Position numbers and translations under genes: made by a program. Shown here one piece after another: positions 1-17,868 of a stretch of 64,000 nucleotides of DNA; position 1 is the stretch's first letter; each line of letters begins with the position of its first letter. The DNA is taken from positions 685,523 to 749,522 of the forward strand of contig JAWQFM010000006.1 in assembly GCA_033442325.1 (NCBI GenBank). Direction: 5' to 3'. The notes under the pieces were generated by a model. The model had not been told where the DNA came from, searched no databases, and was given only the letters and a program-made list of their open reading frames with translations. The stretch is from Salpingoeca rosetta. Lineage: Eukaryota > Protista > Choanoflagellata.

Positions 1-54
<54 letters not shown>

Positions 55-451
55 GCGTGAGTGTGTGCGTGTGTGCAGAGCGGGAGCGGAGGCGGATGGC
101 AAAACCATGTGATGGCGAGCAAAACACAACCACACACAAACACAAACACAAACACACACGCAGGCCCAAACACAGACGCGCACACGCATGCATACGCACT
201 TTGAGGTATTGTTTGCTTCCGTGGTGCTTTGGCTTGATGCGCACGTTCTCAAGCCATTGGAGGGTGAACGACTTCCATGTTTTCTTGGCGGGGTTGAAGA
301 GGTCGTTGTCGTAGTCGCACTTGTCGGGCAAGGGTTTAAACAGCTCTGCCATGCCTTCAAAAGGCTCCGGTTGCTTCTTCCACTTGCCATAGCTGAAATG
401 ACTCAGCACCACCTGTCACGAGCACAACAGCAAGGCGAAAGCACGCACGCT
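1..451. repeat. near-identical copy of ~2917-3368 (one exon plus flanking intron sequence), probably an assembly duplication
   Basis: Same sequence (gttgcgtgagtgtgtgcgtgtgtgcagagcgggagcgg...gcgaaagcacgcacgct) with a few substitutions and indels. Both copies end at an N gap. Confidence 0.9.
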
Positions 452-941
452 NNNNNNNNNNNNNNNNNNNNNNNNNNNNNNNNNNNNNNNNNNNNNNNNN
501 NNNNNNNNNNNNNNNNNNNNNNNNNNNNNNNNNNNNNNNNNNNNNNNNNNNNNNNNNNNNNNNNNNNNNNNNNNNNNNNNNNNNNNNNNNNNNNNNNNNN
601 NNNNNNNNNNNNNNNNNNNNNNNNNNNNNNNNNNNNNNNNNNNNNNNNNNNNNNNNNNNNNNNNNNNNNNNNNNNNNNNNNNNNNNNNNNNNNNNNNNNN
701 NNNNNNNNNNNNNNNNNNNNNNNNNNNNNNNNNNNNNNNNNNNNNNNNNNNNNNNNNNNNNNNNNNNNNNNNNNNNNNNNNNNNNNNNNNNNNNNNNNNN
801 NNNNNNNNNNNNNNNNNNNNNNNNNNNNNNNNNNNNNNNNNNNNNNNNNNNNNNNNNNNNNNNNNNNNNNNNNNNNNNNNNNNNNNNNNNNNNNNNNNNN
901 NNNNNNNNNNNNNNNNNNNNNNNNNNNNNNNNNNNNNNNNN
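452..941. other. assembly gap (N run)
   Basis: Continuous N run. Confidence 0.99.
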
Positions 942-2564
942 TGGTCTTGCCCTGCTGCTTCTTCTTCTTCTGCATTGCTTTCTTTCCCGCCTTTTGCCGC
1001 TCAGCTCTGATTTCGTCAATCGGGTCTGCGCCGGTGCTCCTGCGAGGAAGGGGAGGGAAGGCGTGGTTTTGGTGTGTGAGCGCGTATGCGTGGTAAGACC
1101 AACTGGACACTATAGTTGGCTTGTGTCAGCGACTAGCGCAAGACAACGAAAACAACAAGAAACAAACAAACGAATCAAACATTTCACCAACGCAGCACAT
1201 CTTAACACGACAAAATCACGACACAGCGCAACAGGCGGACAAGCAACCGTGCACTCACTTGAGTGAGGACGACTTGCTCTTCAGTGAACGGGCAACACTC
1301 GCTGCCGTCTGTGTGTTGTTGAAACGACGCAGCAGTAGCATGAGAACACACGCGAGTAAGCGAGAAACAATGAAAGCTCCCTTGCCTTGTATCACAAAGC
1401 ACGCTGGAAACGACACGGGCAGACGATACGAGCACCCATTGCGCCTGCACACAAGCAAACAAGTGCGCGCAAGACACGCAGACGACACGGTTGACAGACC
1501 TGCTTGTCCACTTCCTTGTCAGCAGCGCGCCGCTGGGGTAGCACACGAAACAACAGGGCAACAAGGAAAAGCAGGAATGCGACCATTAGCCCGTGCCACT
1601 TTGGCGCATCAGCGTGCTGCACAAACCCACATCAATGCGGAAGCTATTGCAGTTGGCGAAAGAACAGACTATGGGTACCTTTGAAGCACGTTTCGGCAGC
1701 GCGTCCTCCTCCGCCTCCTCCTCTTCATCTTCTTCTTCTTCATCTTCATCATCATCTTCCTCTGCCCCTCCTTCATCTTCCTCTTCGTCGTCGTCGTCGT
1801 CATCGCCACTCTCGCTCTCTTCACTGTCACTGCTTTCGCTTGCGCTCTCCTCCGCTTCGTCCTCGTCCTCTTCTTCCTCATCTTGCTCCACGTCTTCAAC
1901 CTCAGCCGCTGCAATCAACACGTGCGGGGTGCGGTGTGTGGCCATGCATTCGACGTGTTAGCGTGTGTCATCTGCCATCTGCCATGTTTGTGTGTGTGCG
2001 TGTGACACAGAAAACACCGTACAAACAATCATCACAATACAAGCGCTCATGACGTACAAGTTGAAGACACACGCTTGTACACGTGCTCACACGCGCAAAC
2101 ACCAGCTCACCGGCTTCGAGTTGCGCATCAAGATCATCGCCTGGCTTCTGCTGCTCTGGCTCCTGCGTAGGTGGCATTGAAACAACGCCCTTGGACACTT
2201 TTTCAGCACTAGCAACCCGCAAACAAGAGCAAAGGCATCCTAGAATGAGGTGCTGGAGGAGAAAATGCAGAAGGCAAATGGTCGACAATTCACACACGCA
2301 CACACATACACACGCTCAGGGATTTGCACAAATTGAAGTCGAATGAGCAGGTGTACTGTTCACTTGCACCAGTGACTCACAACTTGGACATGGCTTCTTC
2401 CTTGTCCAGAACTTGGCATGCTTGCATCAGGTCACGCCGCCCACTGCAGTTCACAGGTGAGTGAGGGTAAGCAACGGGCGCACGCTTTGGAGGGCGAAGG
2501 CACCTCATCAGCCGCGGCACATTCGCGTGCACTCATGTACCTTGAACTGACAAACATGAGAGAG

Positions 2565-2598
<34 letters not shown>

Positions 2599-2887
2599 GC
2601 AGCAGCAGCAGCAGTAGCAGCAGCAGAAGCAGCAGAAGCAAGTAGTGTGACGTACGGTGTTGGCTGGGCCACGCGAGCAGCAGCTGCTGGTGTGGATGGC
2701 TGTGAGGGGGCCGGGCTCATGCCCTTGGACATGAGGTTGTACAGCATGGGTTGGGAGAGCTGGTAGAACACCTCCGCGTTCAGGAACGTCATGATGCGCT
2801 CAAAAAACGATTCCTTGTCGTGGTACTGCGAGCGCCGAGCAGTGGGGTTACAGAGTATGCGTGAGTGTGCGTGTTGCGTGTTGCATT

Positions 2888-2969
<82 letters not shown>

Positions 2970-3330
2970 GCGTGAGTGTGTGCGTGTGTGCAGAGCGGGA
3001 GCGGAGGCGGATGGCAAAACCATGTGATGGCGAGCAAAACACAACCACACACAAACACAAACACAAACACACACGCAGGCCCAAACACAGACGCGCACAC
3101 GCATGCATACGCACTTTGAGGTCTTGTTTGCTTCCGTGGTGCTTTGGCTTGATGCGCACGTTCTCAAGCCATTGGAGGGTGAACGACTTCCATGTTTTCT
3201 TGGCGGGGTTGAAAGAGGTCGTTGTCGTAGTCGCACTTGTCGGGCGAGGGTTTAAACAGCTCTGCCATGCCTTCAAAAGGCTCCGGGTGCTTCTTCCACT
3301 TGCTCATAGCTGAAATGACTCAGCACCACC
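942..3330 (-). CDS. hypothetical multi-exon protein with an acidic D/E tract and Lys-rich segment; partial, bounded by gaps
   Basis: GT-AG bounded coding-like exons: VVLSHFSYGKWKKQPEPFEGMAELFKPLPDKCDYDNDLFNPAKKTWKSFTLQWLENVRIKPK (frame intact in the 1-451 copy), YHDKESFFERIMTFLNAEVFYQLSQPMLYNLMSKG, DLMQACQVLDKEEAMSK, MPPTQEPEQQKPGDDLDAQLEA, an acidic exon at ~1680-1910, and DPIDEIRAERQKAGKKAMQKKKKQQGK. No family recognised. Confidence 0.6.
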
Positions 3331-3375
3331 TGGTCACGAGCACAACAGCAGGCGAAAGCACGCACGCTGTGAATC

Positions 3376-4145
3376 NNNNNNNNNNNNNNNNNNNNNNNNN
3401 NNNNNNNNNNNNNNNNNNNNNNNNNNNNNNNNNNNNNNNNNNNNNNNNNNNNNNNNNNNNNNNNNNNNNNNNNNNNNNNNNNNNNNNNNNNNNNNNNNNN
3501 NNNNNNNNNNNNNNNNNNNNNNNNNNNNNNNNNNNNNNNNNNNNNNNNNNNNNNNNNNNNNNNNNNNNNNNNNNNNNNNNNNNNNNNNNNNNNNNNNNNN
3601 NNNNNNNNNNNNNNNNNNNNNNNNNNNNNNNNNNNNNNNNNNNNNNNNNNNNNNNNNNNNNNNNNNNNNNNNNNNNNNNNNNNNNNNNNNNNNNNNNNNN
3701 NNNNNNNNNNNNNNNNNNNNNNNNNNNNNNNNNNNNNNNNNNNNNNNNNNNNNNNNNNNNNNNNNNNNNNNNNNNNNNNNNNNNNNNNNNNNNNNNNNNN
3801 NNNNNNNNNNNNNNNNNNNNNNNNNNNNNNNNNNNNNNNNNNNNNNNNNNNNNNNNNNNNNNNNNNNNNNNNNNNNNNNNNNNNNNNNNNNNNNNNNNNN
3901 NNNNNNNNNNNNNNNNNNNNNNNNNNNNNNNNNNNNNNNNNNNNNNNNNNNNNNNNNNNNNNNNNNNNNNNNNNNNNNNNNNNNNNNNNNNNNNNNNNNN
4001 NNNNNNNNNNNNNNNNNNNNNNNNNNNNNNNNNNNNNNNNNNNNNNNNNNNNNNNNNNNNNNNNNNNNNNNNNNNNNNNNNNNNNNNNNNNNNNNNNNNN
4101 NNNNNNNNNNNNNNNNNNNNNNNNNNNNNNNNNNNNNNNNNNNNN
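3376..4145. other. assembly gap (N run)
   Basis: Continuous N run. Confidence 0.99.
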
Positions 4146-4164
4146 CAACCCCACTCCAGCAACC

Positions 4165-5343
4165 ATGAGCACCCCAAGCGCTCGGTTTGAGACCGTGGTG
4201 TGCGAGGGGCCACTCATGAAGCGTGGCGGAAACGTGCGTGAAAACCGATGCGGCTTGGATCCAAGTGGGAGAGGAGGAGGAGAGGAAGAGAGGAAGAGGA
4301 AGTGACAGGGTCGTTGGCTGTTGTTGTTGGAGTGAATCGATGAGTGTGTGGTCCAGTGTCCGTGTTTGTGGTTGTTGTCCACTGTTGCTGGTTGTGCGCG
4401 CTCACGACGATACGCGGTGGCCGTCGATTGCCTGGCTTGCAGGTGAAGACGTGGAAGAACAGATGGTTTGTGCTGGACGCCAGAGGCTTGCTCCAGTACT
4501 ACAAAGGCAACCCTCCTTCGCGCACGCTTCTGGACGTCATTGACCTGACGGAAGTCACCAACATCCGTGAGAGCAAACTGGAGGAATGGGCTGCCAAGAG
4601 CGTCATCCCACCGCAGTCCGTTGACCCAATGATGGCAAGGTAGCATTGGTGTTGCTGCGTGGAAGCTTTGTGCGTGTGCTGCGTGTCCGTGTGTCAATGA
4701 AGGTGTGCGTTTGGTGTATTGTGTATTTCGGTTGATGTATTGTGTGCCCCGTGTGTGTGTGTGTGTCCGTGTGTGTCCGTGTGTGTGTGTTGTGTAGTGT
4801 GTGTGTGTTGTGTAGTGTGTGTGTGTGTAGTGTGTAGTGTGTAGTTTGTGTGTCGTGTGTAGTGTGCACATGCGTGTTCGTGTCCGTGTGCGTGTGTTGC
4901 GCGCGGGTGGACCCGTGTCCGTGTTTGCATGACGTGGTTATCGTGTGCGCACGATTGCCATGGTTGTTGCATAACGAGACAAGAACGTCCGGTCACCTTG
5001 ACTCTGTGTCGCTGTTATCGCCAGGTGTATTGAACTTGAGACGCCGAAGCGAACGTACTACCTGGTGGCAAAGGGCGACGACATCCCATGGCTGGAGCAG
5101 GTGTGTTACCCACACACCACTGCCCGCTTTGCCCCCGTCGGTCTTGTTGTGTTCTTGTTTGTTCACAACAGCAGTGGCAGTAACACGTGCATGGAACGGC
5201 CCACGGCCCACCACACTGTGCTCACCGCGATGCTGTGTGGCTTGGTGCGCTGCGATGATTCAGCTCATGAGGGTGCGGAAGCATGCACGGCAACAACGAC
5301 GAACGACCATCGATGGCTCCGAGGCCCACTGTGCGTGCATGCA

Positions 5344-5389
<46 letters not shown>

Positions 5390-5601
5390 CTAATTGCGTC
5401 ATCGCCCACTCACCGATTCACACGTGTTGTCACTCTCTGTAACGTGTACCCTTTCCACCCTGGCTGCACATGTGGAATCTTACGCGCGCATCTTTAGCGG
5501 CGGGCAAGGACCTGCTTGACGCAGCGCTGCACTTTGGATGGATCACCAAGATGGGCGGCAGGGTAAGCCGAAACCCCACGTGTGTGCGTGTGCGTGTGTG
5601 C

Positions 5602-5672
<71 letters not shown>

Positions 5673-5948
5673 TTTTTTTTTGATGTAGTTGAAGTAGTTC
5701 ATAGAGTTGAAGTCGTGAACTCCACACAGCTTGTCTTCCATCAGTCACTCGCTCATGGCACGCAACACCGTGCGTGCGTACGCGATTGCAGATCCGCAAC
5801 TGGCGGCGGCGGTTCTTCATTCTGACGGCGCAGGGCATGTTGCTGTACGCAAAGGACCAGTCCTCGCTCGACCAGCCGCTCGGCAGCTTGCACGTGCGCC
5901 ACATTCAGGAGATTAAGCCCCCAGAGGAGGTTCGGACACACTTGCTCG

Positions 5949-5997
<49 letters not shown>

Positions 5998-6618
5998 GCA
6001 CAAGCACGTATATACGCACAAGCAAGTCGCCACCTACATACACACTGCACCTCTGTTGCTCCCAATCACACACACACACACGCACGCACGCACGCTGTGC
6101 AGTGTGCGTGGGCGAGCAGCAGCAGCCGGCCTAAATCCGCCCAGCCGGACGCGTGCTTTGAGATTGTCACGGCAAAGCGAAAGTTCTGGCTCGTCTGTGA
6201 TACGCCGCAGGAGGCCCAGACCTGGGTCAACCAGGTGCTGCTGCTCGCTTGGAGGGGGGGTGTTAAGTGTCTGCTTATTCTTGTGTGTGCATGCGTGTGT
6301 GATTTGATGTGTATGTGTGCACTGCCTGAGCAGCGCGACGTTTTGTCTTTCCATCTGCCGCTGATGCCGCTGTCCTGACTGCGGACCAACATCTCTCTGG
6401 TTTGTGTGCGCAGCTTGAGGGCGCCTGCCTCTTCTACAGCCTTGCCTTCAGCTCCATGCCACAGGTAAACGCTCGCATAAGCCAACAGCAGGCACTGCTG
6501 ACTGTGTCTACATGGCCAACGACGTGCATGTGCGTACGTGCGTGCGCGCGTGCGTGTGTGTGTGTGTGTGCGTGCATGTGTGTCAAACTCACACGTCAAC
6601 CACCATTGCCACCATTGC

Positions 6619-6682
<64 letters not shown>

Positions 6683-7030
6683 CGCACACACACACACAAC
6701 ACCCCTACTGGGCAGGCTGGGGAGGACGGCGACGACGCTGACGAGCGCATGAGCGTCATCTCTGTTTCGCCGTCGCCAAGTCGTGCCCGCACCCCGTCCA
6801 CCGCCACCACCACATCCGCCACCACCAGCGACGAGGGCGGTAGCGCACAGGACGGCCTCACTGACGAGATTCAGCACATGGTACGTGTGTGCGTGTGTGC
6901 GTGTGTGCGTGTGTGCGTGTGTGTGTGTGTGTGGCGTGTATGTGTGCGTGCGTATGTGTGGCGTGTGTATTGTGAGTGAGGTTGCTGCCCCGGCCGCAAC
7001 GCACACACACGCACACACACACACACACAC

Positions 7031-7102
<72 letters not shown>

Positions 7103-7267
7103 TACACACACCTTTGCCTCTCTTACTGCCGTGGCCACGCTGCAGGTGGACGACGAGTTTAAACAGCACGAGGAGGCAGGTGTGCTTCTCCGCGCAAAGA
7201 AGAGCACCCTGAGACAGGCAGCTGTACGTCACCTTGCACCACGCATCACGACACCTGGCGTGTTGAC

Positions 7268-7305
<38 letters not shown>

Positions 7306-8668
7306 GTGTGATGGTGTGTGTACCCATGTCTTTGAGCTTGCATGAGCCACCCTCATGCCATCCCTTCCCCCCCCCCATACACCACCACCACTGCAGCGGC
7401 TTGCGATGCGGGAGTCGCGCCTGTCGTCAACAGCAACGACGGCCGCCCACCGCCGCATTCTCGTCCTCTACAACCCAGTCTCTGGCGCAGGGTATGCATA
7501 CTGGAGAGGGGGGGGCATATCAAGCGTTTGGGTGGAGAGGGCGAGCGTGGCATGCGCACGGTGTTTGGGTGTGCGTGTGTGTATGACCTCCTGTTTCTCT
7601 GTGTGCATCTTTTCCTGTTTCCATGGGTGCATATTTTACGTCAGCGCTCCCTAACGCACTCGCCATTTGCACACGACTCACGTGACACACTCGCATGCGC
7701 ATGTGTTCACAGCCAAGGTCGCATCATCGCGGAGCATCACGTCGGCCCCATTCTCCGTCTCGCAAAGGTGCATGCAAGCACACGCACATACGCACACATG
7801 CACACACGCATGCAAGCACGCACGCACACGCACACGCACGCGCACACACACACGCACACACACACGCACACACACATGACAACCCGCTGTGTGTATACTA
7901 ATTGCGCGTATCGCGCTTCTCACGCTGCCTCGTCTCTGCTGCGTTGTGCTGCATTGACAGATTGACTTTGACATTATTCCAACAGAATACGCAGGCCACG
8001 CCACCCACTTTGTCTCCAACCTTGGTGTGTCGCATGCCAGCGCTTGCGTGCGTGCGTGCATGTGTGCGAGAGTACATGCGTGCGTGCATGCGTGTTTGTT
8101 TGTCACTTTGAGTGCTTGCTGGCGTGCGCCGTCCCCCCCCCTCCAAAAAAAAAAACACAATATTTTGTTTTGGAAGCTCATTCCACCCATTGCCATCATT
8201 GCTCCTCCACGCGTTGCAGATCTGGAATCCTTGGACGGGCTCGCTGTGTGTGGCGGCGACGGGCTGGTGTCGGAGGTGCGGCAACGTGCCATGTTGGGTG
8301 TGGCGCGAGTCAACCGTTGCTGTGGCTGTCATTCTGGTTTCCTCGGCCGCAAAAGAAGAAGGATGTGTCCTCCTTGATGATAAAACGCACACTCACACAC
8401 ACACATATGCGCGCGCACAGCCACACTCATTCACACACACACACACACACACTCACGCACACACGTACACACTTACACATACACGCTCACACCCTCTGAC
8501 ATTCACGAACACAACAGGTGATGACGGGCCTGATGAACCGCGCTGACGAGCGGGCAAAAACGTTTCCAATTGGAATTGTTCCTGTTGGAACAGCGAATGC
8601 AATGGCGCACGCACTTGACAACAACGTTGCTCCCTCCGAAAACGAGTACGCGCCTTCCTTCCGACCGG

Positions 8669-8711
<43 letters not shown>

Positions 8712-8746
8712 CGTGTGTCTGTGTATGTGTGTGTGTGTGTGTGTCT

Positions 8747-8777
<31 letters not shown>

Positions 8778-9918
8778 TGCGTGTGCTGGCATCGGGACTT
8801 TCCCGGCTGACACGTCGTGTCATATCTCCGTTCAACATCTTTTATTTCTGGGTCATGCCTCACCACACACTTCCTCCACACCTCCACACCTTTACATTTC
8901 CACCCACCACCACGTTCCACCACCACGGCTGCGTTCTACGGCGCAGCCTGATCAGCCGCGCTGCTCTGGCCATTGCAAAGGGGGCCACGAGGCGTGTGGA
9001 CGTGCTTGACATTCACATGCAGCGCAAACCAAGCATGGTTACGCACCTCTCAAAGAGCACAGTGAAGCCACCCAGTGTGGGCAACAGCAACGATAACCAA
9101 GATGGTGGCGGCGACGATGATGGCGACGATGATGACAGCTCAGATGACATTGACGTGGTGACACTTGCGGCTGATGGTGTGGTGCTCTCGCGCGGAAGCA
9201 ATGCCAATAACGATAGCGGCAGCAACAGCACTGCTGCTCCTGAGGATGATATGTACGGAAGTCCATCCCACCCCGCCACCAACGAGCACATCTACGGCCT
9301 GGTGAGTGCTACAACAGAGCAAGACACTGCACAACACACGCACGCACGCATGCACGCTGTGATGCAGCTGTGCTGATGTACGAAGCACTCACGCGGGCGA
9401 TGACACGCGCGTGCATGTCTCCACCCACTCACCGACGTTTTGCTGTGTGTGCTTGCTTTGCCTGGTCACAGAGCTGTATTGGGTGGGGTTTGACTGGTGC
9501 GTGCACAGCCCGGGCGCAACACCTGCGCTGGATGCCTGGGCAGAAGAAAATCCGATACGATGTCGCAGGCTTCCTCACGCTGCTCAAGGTGGCCTTTCTG
9601 CCGCCCCTCTCGCTCTGTTCGCTGGCTTGTTTGTGTGTTTGTTTGCTTTGTTGCTGCTCTCTCGTCCGTGTTGCGTTTGCGTTTGCGCTTGCTCGTTTTG
9701 TGTGTTTGTTTCACTTGTTCTTGCATGCGTGTACACTCCTGCGCGCGTAAGACCAGCGCAGCCGCTGCCTCGTGTCTCCGCTTCTCACCACGGTCGTAAC
9801 GATGCTACGTGGTGTCAGGACTGGCCGATTGTGTGCAAGTGCAAGTTTGAATGGCTCGACTCCAAGACCAATGAATGGATCGCAGAAGACGTGAGCGTCT
9901 GCTTGCTTGTTTGTTTGT

Positions 9919-9961
<43 letters not shown>

Positions 9962-10816
9962 ATGGCGATCGTTGGCTCAAACCGTCGTGCTCCAACGATC
10001 CTGCCGAACTACGACGATACCCCTTTGCTCCCAAAAACGAAGCTTGTCTCACCGCAATCACAAATGCCACCGCCTTCTCCTCATCCCCACCCCTCTTCCC
10101 CTCTCCCATCGCCGCCTTGCCTCCCCGCGCTTCAGATTGGGATTGTGAACATGATTGCGGCAAACATGGACAAGCTCGGTGTTGCGCACGCCATCTGCCG
10201 CGGTATCAAACCAGACGATGGCATGATTGGGCTCACCCTCATCGACGACACGCACTCGCGCACGGGCACGGTTGCCGCGGCCATGAGCTTGAAGAAGGGC
10301 AAGTACCTGGGCGACCACAAGAACGTGCGCACCGTGATCACGTCTGAATTTCGGATGACGCCGGCTGAAGGCAGCAAAGCAGAGAGGATCCCATTCAACA
10401 TTGATGGCGATCCTGTCGACCCGGCCGCCGTTCATGTCAAGGTGACGCGGTCGTGCGTGTGTTTGTCTGTCTGTTTTGTGTCTGTGAGTGTGCGTGTGTG
10501 CCTGTGAATGTGCGTATGTCTGTGCTGTGTCTGTGTCTCTGTGTGTGTGTGTGTGTGTTGTGCGTGTGTCTGTGAGTGTGTGTGCGTGTGCTTCTCTGTC
10601 TTGTGTCTGTCTGTGCTGTGCCTGTGTCCGTGTGTGTCTGCATACCACAGTCTGCAGCTGTGCGTGTGCGTGGTGATGTGCTCCCGATAACAATCAATGT
10701 CTTTGATTGCTGTTGTGGCGCGTGTTGAATTGATCATCTCACACACAAGGCAAACAAACCGCACGTATGCGCAGGTGCTGCCGCAACGCATGAGCGTGTT
10801 TGCACACCCGGCTTGA
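4165..10816 (+). CDS. tandem PH-domain lipid kinase of the DAGKc fold (sphingosine/ceramide kinase-like), ~20 exons
   Basis: PH1: [10 protein letters not shown]|[12 protein letters not shown]...[14 protein letters not shown]2: GWITKMGGR|[11 protein letters not shown]...[12 protein letters not shown]...W. Kinase motifs: [27 protein letters not shown]|[28 protein letters not shown]|[12 protein letters not shown] 4165, TGA 10814-10816. Confidence 0.9.
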
Positions 10817-11125
10817 TGATAATGCATCCAAGCAACCGACTCTGTTGACCGTGTTCTCAAAACACAACGTATTGAACTTGATGCTGACCCCTTGCTTGCT
10901 CGCTCCCTCTCTGCTGCTGGCTTGCTTTGCTGCTTTGACTGCCTTGCTTGCTTTGTTTTGCTTTGTTCTGCTTTCCTCCTTCATTGATTGTTCTTCTCCT
11001 CCTTCTCCTTCTGTCCTCCTCCTCCTCCTCCTCCTCCTCCTCTGCCTCTTGTTTGTGCGCACTGCTGCTACTGCGTTACTGCCCCAACCACACAACCACC
11101 ACGGCCATGATTGCTTTCGCGTGAT

Positions 11126-11170
<45 letters not shown>

Positions 11171-11769
11171 AATTTCCTTTCCTCGCCCTGTGCCTTATGC
11201 AAAGTCGCCACAAGCCAGTGTGTTCATCATTGGCTTCTTGTTGTGGTTTGATTTTCTCTATCTAGTGCTGGCTCTTGTGGTCACCACACATGTGTACAAA
11301 GCCGACGACTAAACGCCCAGCACTCTGCGCATCCAACAGTCAAACCACTTGCATGTACACACACACGCACGCACGCACACAAACGAAACACAGAATGAAC
11401 CTAAAAGTCGAAATGAAAGCATATGGTAGTACAACGAGCCAAAACAACGAGCCAAGCAGAACGCCACGTGGTTGAAAAGAAAAGCGACCACAACAACCTA
11501 CACAACACACACACACACACACATGTGCTGCGTGTCACTTCACTTCACTTCACTCTCACTTATTCTTCTTCTAAAACAAGTGAACAAACAAACAAAATGG
11601 CAAACGAAATTCGTCTTATCACCACCACCCGCTATCGACAAGTAACGCTCACGCACGCACACTTGTTACCGTTCACGCACTGCTTCACATCGCGAACAGT
11701 ATGGTAACAACGGACACGACACCACCCCTGCGAAGCACCATCCATCACGCCAGATTGCCATCAGTGTCG

Positions 11770-16829
<5,060 letters not shown>

Positions 16830-17868
16830 CAAAGCAGAGGGTTCAATGGCCGCGTACTCCGGCTCACAGAGGAAGGAACCACTGACGCAGTTGCAATTGG
16901 GTGTCTGGATCACTCAAGATCCAGCGCCGATGCACCACTTGCGCAACTTGCGATTCTGGACGGTGAACTTTCGTTACGCGACGAGGAACGCTTCAGAGGC
17001 CCTTTGCTGTCGCGTACGTATGCACGTGTATGTATGCACACAGTTGCACGTACACGAAGGCTTGATGGTAGGCGGTAGTGGTGGTGGTGGTCGTCGTCGT
17101 GGGGGGTGCTGTGGTGTGGCGCTCGTGCTGTTTGCTTGCCTTGTCTTCTTCCTCTTCTTCTTCTTCTTCTGGTTCTTCTGGTTACACAAGCTTGTGGAAA
17201 AATAGTGAAGATTTCAAATAAACATCGCAGCCGGGCGACGCGCACAAAACAACAGCGGCTTTTGTTTTGTGGAGGAGGAAGAAGGACAATCAAGGTGTGT
17301 GTTGCATGCACATACCGCACGGCGCATGCATGTTGTGTTTGCCTTTGTTGGCGTGTGTTTGTGTGTCTGCTTGTGTGTCTGCTTGTGCGTCTCGTCAACT
17401 CCAACAACAACAACAAGGTCTCTTTCGTCACATCACATCACATCAATTTACACGTGTTTGCTTCATCCCACTGCCCGTCTCACCCCTCCCCCCCCACACA
17501 CACACGATCATCAACAACAAACAGGGCTGGCTGTGTGTCCCCCGCACATCGTACCCGCGCTCTCTGTTGTTGAAGCACGCACGCACGCACACATACATTG
17601 GGATTGTGGCTTTGGGCCGCATCGCTTGACCCCGCGTGCTTGCGCGTCAAATCGTGTCCATAGCAGTCGCCACGGCGTGAGCGTGCTTTTCCTTTGTGGG
17701 TCCCCTCCCTTGCCGTTACACCTTTTTTACCTCCCTTCCTTGCCGGCACAAGGCCCGACTGGTGCTCGCTTTTCTTCGTTCATAGCAACGGGCCCTTTTC
17801 GCGCCCAAAGGGCCGGCAGCTTGCGGCAGCGCCACTCGTAGACACGAACGGCAACCGTGCCCTCAGCC

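Noticed and set aside
188-4871. Long ORFs containing X runs
   Set aside because: They are open only because they cross N gaps.
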